Below the pieces are notes generated by a model, which saw only the letters and a list, made by a program, of their open reading frames with translations, did no database searches and was not told where the DNA came from. Below are positions 17,902-26,561 of a DNA stretch of 64,000 bases, piece after piece. The position numbers and the translations under genes are program-made. Every line of letters begins with the position of its first letter. Position 1 is the stretch's first letter. The stretch spans positions 352,001 to 416,000 of the forward strand of contig OY820579.1 in the NCBI GenBank assembly GCA_963681965.1. The letters run 5' to 3'. This stretch comes from a bacterium (lineage in GTDB: Bacteria; Electryoneota; JAOADG01).

Positions 17902-19437
17902 CTATTCGTGTTGATCGTCGCCGCGTCTGCGCTCGAGATCTTGCCAACCCATTACGTCCCACTTTAAGAAACCTTCCGAGGTTAAGTCCATCTGGAAGGG
18001 GGGGTATGACACGATCGAAACCTTTGTTTTATCCCATCGCGGATCAAATTGATACACTTTATCGTAACCCGTTCCGCCATGATTTGTGCGGTGAACGTAA
18101 CCTCGACGATGCTGACAAATTGCACCCGTTAAATAGATCGCGCCTCGTTCATCGGAATTCGGAGGCGTTGGGCACTTGTATGCGTCAGTGGAATCGTTCT
18201 GATCCTCAAAAGTAAAGCTGGATTGCAAGGCAAATAGCTGTCCATGGATCGCAATGTCTCGGTGAGTTGCATCGCCCGAGTACCTACCATTTTGCCGTCC
18301 ATTTTGCGGTGTATCCGCAATTAAAATTCCGGTCCAGGGTGCCGCTCGATCCGTTGGTTCTTCTACCTCGCTGATCAACGTCATCATGCTGTGTGCGTTT
18401 ACGTTAACGCGATAGTAGGGTGCTGTATTACACTCTTGATAAATTATGTTATCGTAGAGTCTTAAATTCCCTTTCGCCCCTATACCCAGTAATCCATACA
18501 CTTCACCGCTAATCCAAAGATCGCCATCGCAGAAGATCGCGAACTCTCGGGATGGCGCCCAAGTAATTGCGCCGACAGCTTGTGACATATCCAAATACGG
18601 GGATCTGGTACCCGTTCGCCATCGCCACAGTGTAGCAGTCGTACCGTTAAACCACAACCCGTGAGTATACTGTTTGTCGCTCGAATTTAACCACCGACCA
18701 CCTGCCGCAGCGGCATTGCGCAATCGATCCGCTTTTACCGGGATCGGAATTTTTTTGATATGCTCGAAATATCCGGGACGAGGAAATCCAGCGAATGTCG
18801 CTCCTTGAGGGGAGTTGATTACGCCAGTCGTTGTCACCAAAGCTCCGAAATAAGCTCCGGGATGAACACCAATATCGGAATTGGCATGAACCGGTGAATA
18901 AATCGAATCTCGCGCCCAGAACCAGATATATTCATTGAATCGGGTCTGTTCTTCGTCGGTAAAATAGAAGTACTGTGAGAATTCTCTTTTCCTCAACAGT
19001 AATTGCGCTCTTCGACGAACTTGTTTGGTGCGCTGTTCATAGTCGCGGTATTGAACAACCCCGGTTGCCGAAAGCAAATAATCACGACGTTGAATCAGAC
19101 TTCCCGCTTGGGTTCCTGCCTGAGTTCGATAAGAAATCAACGGTCGTAAATATTTAGAATTTTTAAATCCCTGAACAACTCCATCAGCAAATGGAATGTC
19201 AGCGGTCGGTGCAAATCCGGGTCTCGCGTTGCGCATATATCCAAGCGGTACTTGAATTATTGCTGCTTGAGCTACATAGTATGCTTGGGTCGCCGCGACC
19301 TGATGTATGGCATTTTCTTGATTGTTAACCTGCCATTTGAGATATGCCAAAGAACTGAATAACAACAATATCGACATTGGAACTGCGAAGCCAAGCGAAT
19401 AGCCTGCTCGCGTCCGAAAACGCAAATTCTGTTTCAT
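17902..19437 (-). CDS. large PilX/GspK-like minor pilin, paralog 2 (511 aa)
   Basis: Class III-like leader RTRAG|YSLGFAV lacking Glu+5, PilX-type QAYYVAQAAI, large C-terminal domain ending GYDKVYQFDPR...PPF...W..W. Confidence 0.72.
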   Translation of the reverse strand: MKQNLRFRTRAGYSLGFAVPMSILLLFSSLAYLKWQVNNQENAIHQVAATQAYYVAQAAIIQVPLGYMRNARPGFAPTADIPFADGVVQGFKNSKYLRPLISYRTQAGTQAGSLIQRRDYLLSATGVVQYRDYEQRTKQVRRRAQLLLRKREFSQYFYFTDEEQTRFNEYIWFWARDSIYSPVHANSDIGVHPGAYFGALVTTTGVINSPQGATFAGFPRPGYFEHIKKIPIPVKADRLRNAAAAGGRWLNSSDKQYTHGLWFNGTTATLWRWRTGTRSPYLDMSQAVGAITWAPSREFAIFCDGDLWISGEVYGLLGIGAKGNLRLYDNIIYQECNTAPYYRVNVNAHSMMTLISEVEEPTDRAAPWTGILIADTPQNGRQNGRYSGDATHRDIAIHGQLFALQSSFTFEDQNDSTDAYKCPTPPNSDERGAIYLTGAICQHRRGYVHRTNHGGTGYDKVYQFDPRWDKTKVSIVSYPPFQMDLTSEGFLKWDVMGWQDLERRRGDDQHE

Positions 19438-19506
19438 AGTTCACTCTCATCATCAACATCAAATCAAACATCATCACTATTACAAAACATAAATCTACAA
19501 AAAACT

Positions 19507-21051
19507 TTATTCGGCTTGTTCGTCACCCCGTTTGCGTTCGAGATCTTGCCATCCCATCACGTCCCACTTCAAGAAACCTTCTGAAGTCAAGTCCATCTGG
19601 AAGGGGGGGTACGATACAACGGAAACTTTTGTTTTATCCCATCGCGGGTCAAACTGATAGACCTTGTCGTAACCGGTACCACCACGATTCGAACGGTGTA
19701 CGTAACCTCGACGATGCTGGCAAACTGCGCCCGTCAGATAAATTGCACCGCGTTCATCAGGGTTCGGTCCAATGTATGCATCTGTCGAGTCGTTCTGATC
19801 TTCAAACGTAAAGCTTGAGTTCAATGCAAAGATCTGACCGTGAATAGCGATATCTCGATGAGCCTGATCGCTTTGACCGTATTGTCGTCCATTCGCGCGA
19901 CCATTATACGGGGTATCGCCCATTAAGATTCCGGTCCAAGGTGCTCTACGATCGTTATCCGGCGGTTCGTCCACTTCGCTGATTAAGGTCATCATACTAT
20001 GAGTATTCGGGTTAACTCGATAGGGAAGCTGCGAACACTGACCGTCTTGATAAGTAATGTTATCGTAAAGTCTTAGGTTGCCGTAAGCACCGATTCCGAC
20101 TAAGCCATACACTTGACCGCAAATCCAAAGATCGCCATCGCAGAAAATTGCAAATTCACGGGATGGTGCCCAGGTAACAGCGCCAACGGCTTGCGACATA
20201 TCCAAATAGGGTGATCGAGTACCGGTACGCCACCGCCAGAGTGTAGCAGTTGTGCCATTGAACCAAAGACCGTGCGTGTACTGCTTGTCACTCGAATTCA
20301 ACCATCGACCGCCGGCTGCTGCAGATGTCCGTAGTCGATCTGCCTTTACCGGAATCGGAATTTTCTTCACGTGTTGGAAATATCCCGGTCGCGGAAAACC
20401 TGCAAACGTTGAGCCTTGCGGCGACTGAATTTCACCGGTGGTTGTAACGAGCGCACCGAAATAGGCACCGGCATGAACACCGATATTGGAATTTGCGTGA
20501 ACTGGAGAGTAAATCGAGTCACGACTCCAGAACCAAATATATTCGCCAAATCGGGTCTGTTCTTCGTCGGTAAAATAGAAATACTGTGAAAATTCACGCT
20601 TTCTTAATAACAACTGCGCGCGTCGTCGAACCTGTTGCGTTTCATGTTGATAGTTCGTAAATCGAACTACGCCAGTCGCAGATAGTAAATAATCGCGTCG
20701 TTGAATTAAGCTTCCTGCTTGAGTTCCTGCCTGAGTTCGATATGAAATCAACGGACGCAAGTAACGTGCATTTTGAAAACCTGCAACCACGCCATCGGCA
20801 AATCGGATTTCAGCGGTCGGCGAAAATCCCGGTCTGGCATTCCGCATGTACCCTAACGGTACTTGAATAATTGCTGCCTGTGCAACGTAATATGCTTGCG
20901 TTGCCGCTACTTGATGGATTGCATTCTGTTGATCTGCAACTTGCCATTTGAGATATGCCAACGAGCTGAACAATAGCAGCATCGACATTGGAACAGCAAA
21001 TCCAAGCGAAAACCCGCCATTTCTTTTTACATATCGCATACTCTTCATCAT
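19507..21051 (-). CDS. large PilX/GspK-like minor pilin, paralog 1 (~514 aa)
   Basis: ATG at 21051 with AAGGAG RBS; leader KRNGG|FSLGFAV lacking Glu+5; colinear and highly similar to 17902..19437. Confidence 0.72.
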   Translation of the reverse strand: MMKSMRYVKRNGGFSLGFAVPMSMLLLFSSLAYLKWQVADQQNAIHQVAATQAYYVAQAAIIQVPLGYMRNARPGFSPTAEIRFADGVVAGFQNARYLRPLISYRTQAGTQAGSLIQRRDYLLSATGVVRFTNYQHETQQVRRRAQLLLRKREFSQYFYFTDEEQTRFGEYIWFWSRDSIYSPVHANSNIGVHAGAYFGALVTTTGEIQSPQGSTFAGFPRPGYFQHVKKIPIPVKADRLRTSAAAGGRWLNSSDKQYTHGLWFNGTTATLWRWRTGTRSPYLDMSQAVGAVTWAPSREFAIFCDGDLWICGQVYGLVGIGAYGNLRLYDNITYQDGQCSQLPYRVNPNTHSMMTLISEVDEPPDNDRRAPWTGILMGDTPYNGRANGRQYGQSDQAHRDIAIHGQIFALNSSFTFEDQNDSTDAYIGPNPDERGAIYLTGAVCQHRRGYVHRSNRGGTGYDKVYQFDPRWDKTKVSVVSYPPFQMDLTSEGFLKWDVMGWQDLERKRGDEQAE

Positions 21052-21116
21052 CGTACTCCTTCGTGCGGTCATCATCTCAATCTGACTACTCCGATCAAAT
21101 CTCTAACCATTCATCA

Positions 21117-21848
21117 TTAAAACTGCGATTTTCCTGAGTTGTATCGGTAAATAAAGAAATTCTCGAGATACAACATTGTGGTCCATCGAAACACGCGCGT
21201 ATAATTCGGTGCAATACTACCAGTCTCGCCATTCCAAACCGTTACCGACGGATTGTATTTGACCAATCGGAGAATGAAAGTAAGCTGAACCGCCGAAGAA
21301 TCAAGCTTAATATAGTCCTCTTGTCCAAACAAATCGCGTGCTGGTTTGATCTTAAAGGAATCGCACTGCATATACATATTGTACTTTTCGAGTCTAGTGC
21401 GACTCACCCAGGCACCGAATTCGGTATTTTCGCCACGACTCTCAGAAAACATCCGAGTAGTAATCGTGCTATTGTAGTGATTTAACGAACGCCAAGCGTT
21501 ACCGGTTCGATCCACGGTCCAGCGGATCAACATCGTATCCGGGTCTTGGCCGGAATAATCGACAACGCGCATGTCGACACCGGAATATCCGCCACTTTGA
21601 AAGAGCTGATAGGTATAAGCGTTTTTGAAATCCTGATTGATCCGATACATCACAAAGTTGCCATAAGTATCGACAATGGTTTCAATATCGCTAATCGTCT
21701 GTTGCTTGCTCATCCCTGCCCACAGCAGCATAAACCCGCCGAGTGCAAAAGCAGCCATTCCAATCGTTGCAGCCATTTCGACAAAAGTGAAACCGCCGCG
21801 TTTCTTCAGTTTGCCATCCATTTTCATCCCCTTTTCATCAATTCTCAT
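21117..21848 (-). CDS. minor pilin, PilW/GspJ-like
   Basis: KKRGG|FTFVEM N-methylation site with Glu+5 and hydrophobic helix; lies between the PilV-like and PilX-like genes; start may be 21827 or 21821. Confidence 0.78.
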   Translation of the reverse strand: MRIDEKGMKMDGKLKKRGGFTFVEMAATIGMAAFALGGFMLLWAGMSKQQTISDIETIVDTYGNFVMYRINQDFKNAYTYQLFQSGGYSGVDMRVVDYSGQDPDTMLIRWTVDRTGNAWRSLNHYNSTITTRMFSESRGENTEFGAWVSRTRLEKYNMYMQCDSFKIKPARDLFGQEDYIKLDSSAVQLTFILRLVKYNPSVTVWNGETGSIAPNYTRVFRWTTMLYLENFFIYRYNSGKSQF

Positions 21849-21852
21849 GCAC

Positions 21853-22425
21853 TTACTTGTCTAGCCACACCGGAACTATTCGCGCTTGATAAGTGATCGT
21901 ATCGGTCTTGCCCACCGGTCTCAATCCCATACCGTCCTGCCACGCCGTTTGTTGTGGCTGTTCCCAAACAATCCAGGTTTTCACATCAAACCAATCGGGA
22001 TTGGTATTGGAAGTCGTAGGATCGTCGGTCGCTTCAATCCGGTTGTAATAAATTTTACCCCAGATGTCTTGCGAATTACCAACCGCTGTACCGAGTTGTC
22101 CGGCACCGCGTCGATCGATCAGCACATCCTCGCCACGCATATCGCCTTGATCGAATTGGGAAACCCATCGATCATCATCCTGCGGAATCTGATGTATAAT
22201 ACCGATCATCATTTCCGTTTTGGCGCGCAATACTTCGCCCGCCATCTTGTAAATGTAATCGGATTCCAACCCATGACGACCCAGCGTAAAGACTTTCAAA
22301 GAACCGACAGCAGAGATACTCATCACCAAAAAGCTCGCGGCGGCTTCCAACAGGGATAACCCGCCCCGGTTTCGACTGCGACGAATCCATAACGGGATCC
22401 GCCGGAAGATCATAGTGCACCGCAT
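21853..22425 (-). CDS. minor pilin, PilV/GspI-like
   Basis: ATG at 22425 with GAGGAG RBS; RNRGG|LSLLEA with Glu+5; C-terminal V..WIVW strand pattern. Confidence 0.78.
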   Translation of the reverse strand: MRCTMIFRRIPLWIRRSRNRGGLSLLEAAASFLVMSISAVGSLKVFTLGRHGLESDYIYKMAGEVLRAKTEMMIGIIHQIPQDDDRWVSQFDQGDMRGEDVLIDRRGAGQLGTAVGNSQDIWGKIYYNRIEATDDPTTSNTNPDWFDVKTWIVWEQPQQTAWQDGMGLRPVGKTDTITYQARIVPVWLDK

Positions 22426-22538
22426 AAACAACTCCTCTCAATCATCCAATCAAACACAATCACTATCCTATGCACAAAAACAATTTCACTGCTACTATTC
22501 CATCACTGTGCAAATTGTTCGCACCGACATTCAATATT

Positions 22539-23627
22539 TTACTCGTTCAAATTCACTTCAAACAGTCTCGGGTTGTCGGCAACGTGCGCGGCAGTTTCGC
22601 GATCGATAACGCCTTTCGCCATCAATCGTTGCAAATCCTGATCGAGGGTCTGCATACCAGCCTTGCCACCGGCCTGAATAACCGAAGGAATTTGATAAAT
22701 TTTATCTTCACGAATCAGGTTACGAACAGCAGTCGTTGCAACCATGATTTCACACGCTACGATTCGACCCTTGCCATCCTTCTTCGGCAGCAACTTCTGA
22801 GAGACGACCGCTTCAAGCGATTCCGCCAACATCGAACGGACCTGGGTTTTTTGACCCGAGGGGAAAATATCGATGATACGGTCGATCGTTTTGGCAGCGC
22901 TGGAAGTATGCAAAGTTGCGAGAACCAAGTGACCGGTTTCAGCGGCAGTCAGAGCCAGAGAAATGGTTTCAAGGTCGCGCATTTCACCGACGAGAATGAC
23001 ATCGGGGTCTTCACGCAAGGCACTTCGCAGTGCGTTGGCAAAACTGTGCGTGTTCGCACCCAACTCACGTTGGTTCAGCATACAGCTTTTCGACGAGTGG
23101 AAAAACTCAATCGGGTCTTCAATCGTGATGATGTGAAGATTCTTGTACTCGTTGATATGATCAACCATCGTGGCTAGTGTTGTCGATTTACCGGATCCGG
23201 TAGGACCGGTCAACAGAACCAGACCGCGATCTTTCAAGCACAGGTCCTTCAATACTTCCGGAATGCCTAATTCCTCGAAGGATTTAATTTCAGCAGGAAT
23301 TGTCCGGAAGACTGCAGCAAGACCCTGTATCTGGGAAAAGATGTTGACACGGAATCGAGCTTTCGGTTTGGAGATTTTTCCGGGAATCAGATCGTCGTCG
23401 AAAATCATGTGCGACAAGTCGATTTCCTTCTGTTCCTCCAATCGTTCTTTCTGATCCTCACTGAGGATGTCGTAGAGTGCTTCCCGAATTACGTCGGGTG
23501 CCACTTCCGGCAGCGCCAGTTTCTTCATCTTCCCGTGAATCCGGATCATCGGTGTCGAGCCTGATGATAGATGCAAGTCAGAAGCGCCCTGATCTACCGC
23601 GAAATGCAAAAGTTCGTCAATTACCAC
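22539..23627 (-). CDS. pilT: type IV pilus retraction ATPase
   Basis: GASDLHLS, RFRVNIF, GPTGSGKSTTLA, IEDPIE, ALREDPD, GEMRD, AAETGHLV, AVRNLIRE motif, GMQTLDQ. Confidence 0.96.
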   Translation of the reverse strand: MVIDELLHFAVDQGASDLHLSSGSTPMIRIHGKMKKLALPEVAPDVIREALYDILSEDQKERLEEQKEIDLSHMIFDDDLIPGKISKPKARFRVNIFSQIQGLAAVFRTIPAEIKSFEELGIPEVLKDLCLKDRGLVLLTGPTGSGKSTTLATMVDHINEYKNLHIITIEDPIEFFHSSKSCMLNQRELGANTHSFANALRSALREDPDVILVGEMRDLETISLALTAAETGHLVLATLHTSSAAKTIDRIIDIFPSGQKTQVRSMLAESLEAVVSQKLLPKKDGKGRIVACEIMVATTAVRNLIREDKIYQIPSVIQAGGKAGMQTLDQDLQRLMAKGVIDRETAAHVADNPRLFEVNLNE

Positions 23628-23659
23628 CTGCTCGCCTCGCCTCTATTTGGGCTACCTGC

Positions 23660-23742
23660 ACACCGGTAGATTCCAAAACCTACCGGTGTCCGGCAACCAA
23701 TCGTTTTTTCTAGCTAATTACAATCGGAGATAATCTCCGATT
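23660..23742. other. two hairpins between pilA and pilT
   Basis: ACACCGGTAG..CTACCGGTGT (23660-23689) and AATCGGAGA-TAA-TCTCCGATT (23722-23742). Confidence 0.55.
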
Positions 23743-23763
23743 ATTCAAAAGTTAACCGAGCGT

Positions 23764-24177
23764 TTACTGTTCGGTCGGGAGACCGTAACCGTAGAACTTA
23801 CCGGTTTGAATGTCGAGAGTGATCGTCTTGCCCGCGCCGCCTCTCATTTCACCGGTCGAAACCGCTTGAATCTGAGTGATCGGGTTTTGGCCGATAATCG
23901 TAAACGTCCATTGACGGATGGTTGACGGGTCAAGCGTGAGGTAGCCACCGGTTTCCAAGATTTCTACCGATGGTGGATCCTCGCCGAGATCCTGTGAATA
24001 CATCTTAGCGGCGTTTAGGATTGCACCAATGGTAGCTTGTGCGTCTGCAGCACGCGCGCCTTGCACGTACTCGATGTAGATCGGCACCGAAATCGCGGCC
24101 AAAATAGCCACAATCACCACCACGACCAACACTTCGATTAACGTAAAGCCTTTCGACTTACGAATGAACTTCATCAT
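23764..24177 (-). CDS. pilA: probable major type IVa pilin
   Basis: ATG at 24177 with GGAGG RBS; short leader KSKG|FTLIEVLVVVVIVAILAAISVP; 137 aa; first gene of the locus with its own sigma-54 promoter; no C-terminal cysteines. Confidence 0.88.
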   Translation of the reverse strand: MMKFIRKSKGFTLIEVLVVVVIVAILAAISVPIYIEYVQGARAADAQATIGAILNAAKMYSQDLGEDPPSVEILETGGYLTLDPSTIRQWTFTIIGQNPITQIQAVSTGEMRGGAGKTITLDIQTGKFYGYGLPTEQ

Positions 24178-24210
24178 GTTTCCACCTCCAGAAATGAGAT
24201 TCGCGATTGG

Positions 24211-24343
24211 CGCCGGGAAAGTCCGACAGCCTGTTCGTGTAACGTTACAATGCACAAGACCCTTATGCAACACTGACACTGCAATCCGAGCGTAAATGAC
24301 CGTTTTCTAGTAGGCTGACGATCATCTTCGGTCGGTACCCGGC
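24211..24343 (-). ncRNA. candidate structured 5' leader RNA of pilA
   Basis: Minus strand pairings: GCCGGG/CCCGGC and CCGAC/GTCGG (closing), ATGATCGT/ACGGTCAT, TGCATAAG/CTTGTGCA, and loop CAGCCT complementary to downstream AGGCTG; G-U pairs fall on the sense strand. No known family recognised. Confidence 0.45.
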
Positions 24344-24362
24344 AGTTTCTACCTAATCAATG

Positions 24363-24378
24363 AGCAATCGGGATGCCA
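24363..24378 (-). promoter_or_regulatory. sigma-54 (-24/-12) promoter of pilA
   Basis: Minus strand TGGCAT-CCCGA-TTGCT with exact GG-N10-GC spacing; pilA is sigma-54 dependent in Pseudomonas, Myxococcus and Geobacter. Confidence 0.78.
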
Positions 24379-24536
24379 ATATTAAAAGATATCAAAACGA
24401 CGAAAGAGAATAACGAAAGAGCAGTGTTTTACACACGAGTCTGCCGTTTGTGATCCACATCAATCGATAAAAAGAAGTTAATCGGTAGGAGGGCGCTCTG
24501 CAACACCTAGAAAGTTTGTGCAAAATATGCAGAGTG

Positions 24537-24917
24537 TCACTCTGAGAGCGATTTACGGAGAATTCCGAGGGTAAAGATCAATCCACCTGCTAGAACACCA
24601 CCGATAATCACGATCCATCCACTGTAGCTCAACAACCCCGAAAGACCCTGCCACACAGTCGTAGCAACACTATTCGAAATTGTCAATTCAAATCTCAGCG
24701 ACATCCACCAATTCGCCAGCATACGGATAATCGCGACGGTAAGCACCAGTGCTCCCACAGCGAAAATCGTTTTTTCCGCCCGTGTGGCTTGAACACTCTT
24801 GCTGATCGCGATTGCGCGACGCGAAAGCAGCGCGGAATCGGGGATCGGCTGGTTCAATGGCTGGGAAAGCACCATTTCCAGTTCGGCAGGAAGTTCAAAT
24901 TCGTCACGTTCGTTCAT
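24537..24917 (-). CDS. membrane protein downstream of the ECF sigma factor (candidate anti-sigma factor)
   Basis: ATG at 24917 (MNERDEF); short soluble N-terminus then two TM helices; follows the ECF gene on the same strand. Confidence 0.6.
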   Translation of the reverse strand: MNERDEFELPAELEMVLSQPLNQPIPDSALLSRRAIAISKSVQATRAEKTIFAVGALVLTVAIIRMLANWWMSLRFELTISNSVATTVWQGLSGLLSYSGWIVIIGGVLAGGLIFTLGILRKSLSE

Positions 24918-25059
24918 TCCATCCTCTGACAGCGAGTGACAACCAGTGATGTGTCTTACTTTCTGATCGACAGCTCGCATTTACAAGATAATACAATTTT
25001 CTACCAGATTCTACGAGTGCCATTCGCAAATCGCGATTGAGACGCACCCGGAAAGAAAT

Positions 25060-25554
25060 TTACTCGGCTTTCGCAGTCGCGATCATTCGTTGTCGCGCGC
25101 GATGAAGGTGGCTTTTAACCGTGCCTTCCGCTTGTCCCACGATATCGGCGATCTCGGCAATCGAGAAATTCTGCAAATAAAACATCGTTACGACCGATCG
25201 TTGCAGTGGCGACAGCGCATTTAACATCCGTTCCATACGCTCTTGCCGATCCAATTGCTCGTCGGGTAACAAACCGTAGTCGGCGTCAACCTCTTCGAGT
25301 AACTCGGCGGTGTCGATTCGACCGAGTTGCCGCATTCGCTCTCGCAGAGCGATCCGATAGGCAATTTTCCAGATCCAAGTCGAAATTGCACTCTCGCCAC
25401 GGAACCACGGTAAACCCTGCCACACGGCAATCCACAATTCTTGCAACAAATCGGGAACCCGCGAACGCTGCGGAATCAAGCGCGCAATCAACGTTGCGAG
25501 CTTTGGCGATTCCCGTTCGACCAATTGTGCGAATTCCGATTGGCTTAATCGCAA
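25060..25554 (-). CDS. ECF (sigma-70 group 4) RNA polymerase sigma factor
   Basis: Region 2 DLLQELWI..W..L..FRGESAISTWIWKIA; region 4 LSPLQRSV..FSIAEIA..GTVKSHLHRAR; TTG start with AAGGA RBS. Confidence 0.93.
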   Translation of the reverse strand: MRLSQSEFAQLVERESPKLATLIARLIPQRSRVPDLLQELWIAVWQGLPWFRGESAISTWIWKIAYRIALRERMRQLGRIDTAELLEEVDADYGLLPDEQLDRQERMERMLNALSPLQRSVVTMFYLQNFSIAEIADIVGQAEGTVKSHLHRARQRMIATAKAE

Positions 25555-25600
25555 GCGTGTGCTTCCTTTGCGTGCAAACTTGTCGCTTGCATCTTGTTAG

Positions 25601-25626
25601 TGACGATGTCCAAAGTAAAAGTTGCA
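25601..25626 (-). promoter_or_regulatory. candidate autoregulatory ECF promoter
   Basis: Minus strand TGCAAC-N15-CGTCA (AAC/CGT bipartite ECF pattern) ~47 bp upstream of the sigma gene; a second TGCAAC box at 25718 faces the other way. Confidence 0.55.
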
Positions 25627-25791
25627 CCTTTTCAATTTCATCATCGACCCGTCAGACTTGAATCAGCTGACACTAATCTGTTATTTTACAATGAAATGGA
25701 GCGATACTACCCGAAACTGCAACCTTTTCCGTTCAATCGCTCACTCACCAACTGAGATGAGATGCGGTGTTCGGAAGGGAGGGGACTGACG

Positions 25792-26400
25792 ATGCAACCA
25801 GATTCAATCAAGAAACTTAAAATAAACATAGATGCTGCCAGCGGCAAAGCTAGCAAGGTTATCATTGTCAATAACGACACGATCGCCGATATCAACATCA
25901 TGAAATCGGATTCTGCTCCGGGTCTAATTATCAATGGTCCGGGATTCGATAGCAAACTGCTCCCGTCTTCCGGTATGAGTTTAGCCTATGCCATTTACCC
26001 TCTAATCACCTTCTGTTTCATTGCCGTCGTCACTTGGTTTACACTCCGATTCTTCCAGCGTCGTAACGAAATGCGTCACCGCGAGCGGATGGCAGCCATC
26101 GAGCGCGGACTAATCTTACCCCCAGAAACAGCATCAAATGTTGACCCCAAGCTGTTGAAACAATACAACCCATATAAATGGCCGCTAATTCTCGGACTGT
26201 GTGGCGTAGCAATTATTGTAGCACATCTGATCGAGGGGGAACGCGATTTTGGATTCGGTTTAATGCTCGTTGCGATCGGAGCCGCCTTATTCTTATCCCG
26301 GATGATGCGAAGAAACGAACTCAAACGAACCGGTTCAATACCGTCGCAATATTCCTCGCAACCTCCAACTCCCCCCTCCCCTCCCGAATTTAAAAGCTGA
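25792..26400 (+). CDS. DUF6249-like membrane protein
   Basis: ATG at 25792 with GGAGG RBS; TM followed by RHRERMAAIERG, then two short TMs (KWPLILGLCGVAI..; GLMLVAIGAALFL). Confidence 0.75.
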   Translation: MQPDSIKKLKINIDAASGKASKVIIVNNDTIADINIMKSDSAPGLIINGPGFDSKLLPSSGMSLAYAIYPLITFCFIAVVTWFTLRFFQRRNEMRHRERMAAIERGLILPPETASNVDPKLLKQYNPYKWPLILGLCGVAIIVAHLIEGERDFGFGLMLVAIGAALFLSRMMRRNELKRTGSIPSQYSSQPPTPPSPPEFKS

Positions 26401-26420
26401 TCTTAAGACCTATGTTATTG

Positions 26421-26453
26421 AAAATAGGGACAGTCGACACTGCCCCTATTTTT
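26421..26453 (+). terminator. intrinsic terminator
   Basis: AAAATAGGGACAGT-CGAC-ACTGCCCCTATTTTT. Confidence 0.7.
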
Positions 26454-26561
26454 ATATTTTAGCGAAACAATGTACATTTATTCGTTTCTAATTCATTTAG
26501 CGACGTTGATTTTTCTTTTTTTCTATTTTGTCTTCTTTTTTTCTGTAGTCAGGGAGCTTGC

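Noticed and set aside
17902-21051. Twin PilX-like genes as a diversity-generating retroelement, shufflon or assembly artefact
   Set aside because: No reverse transcriptase or recombinase in the window; differences are largely synonymous, spread throughout and not adenine-specific, which fits an old duplication.
22470-23177. 235-aa plus-strand ORF
   Set aside because: Typical antisense shadow of pilT.
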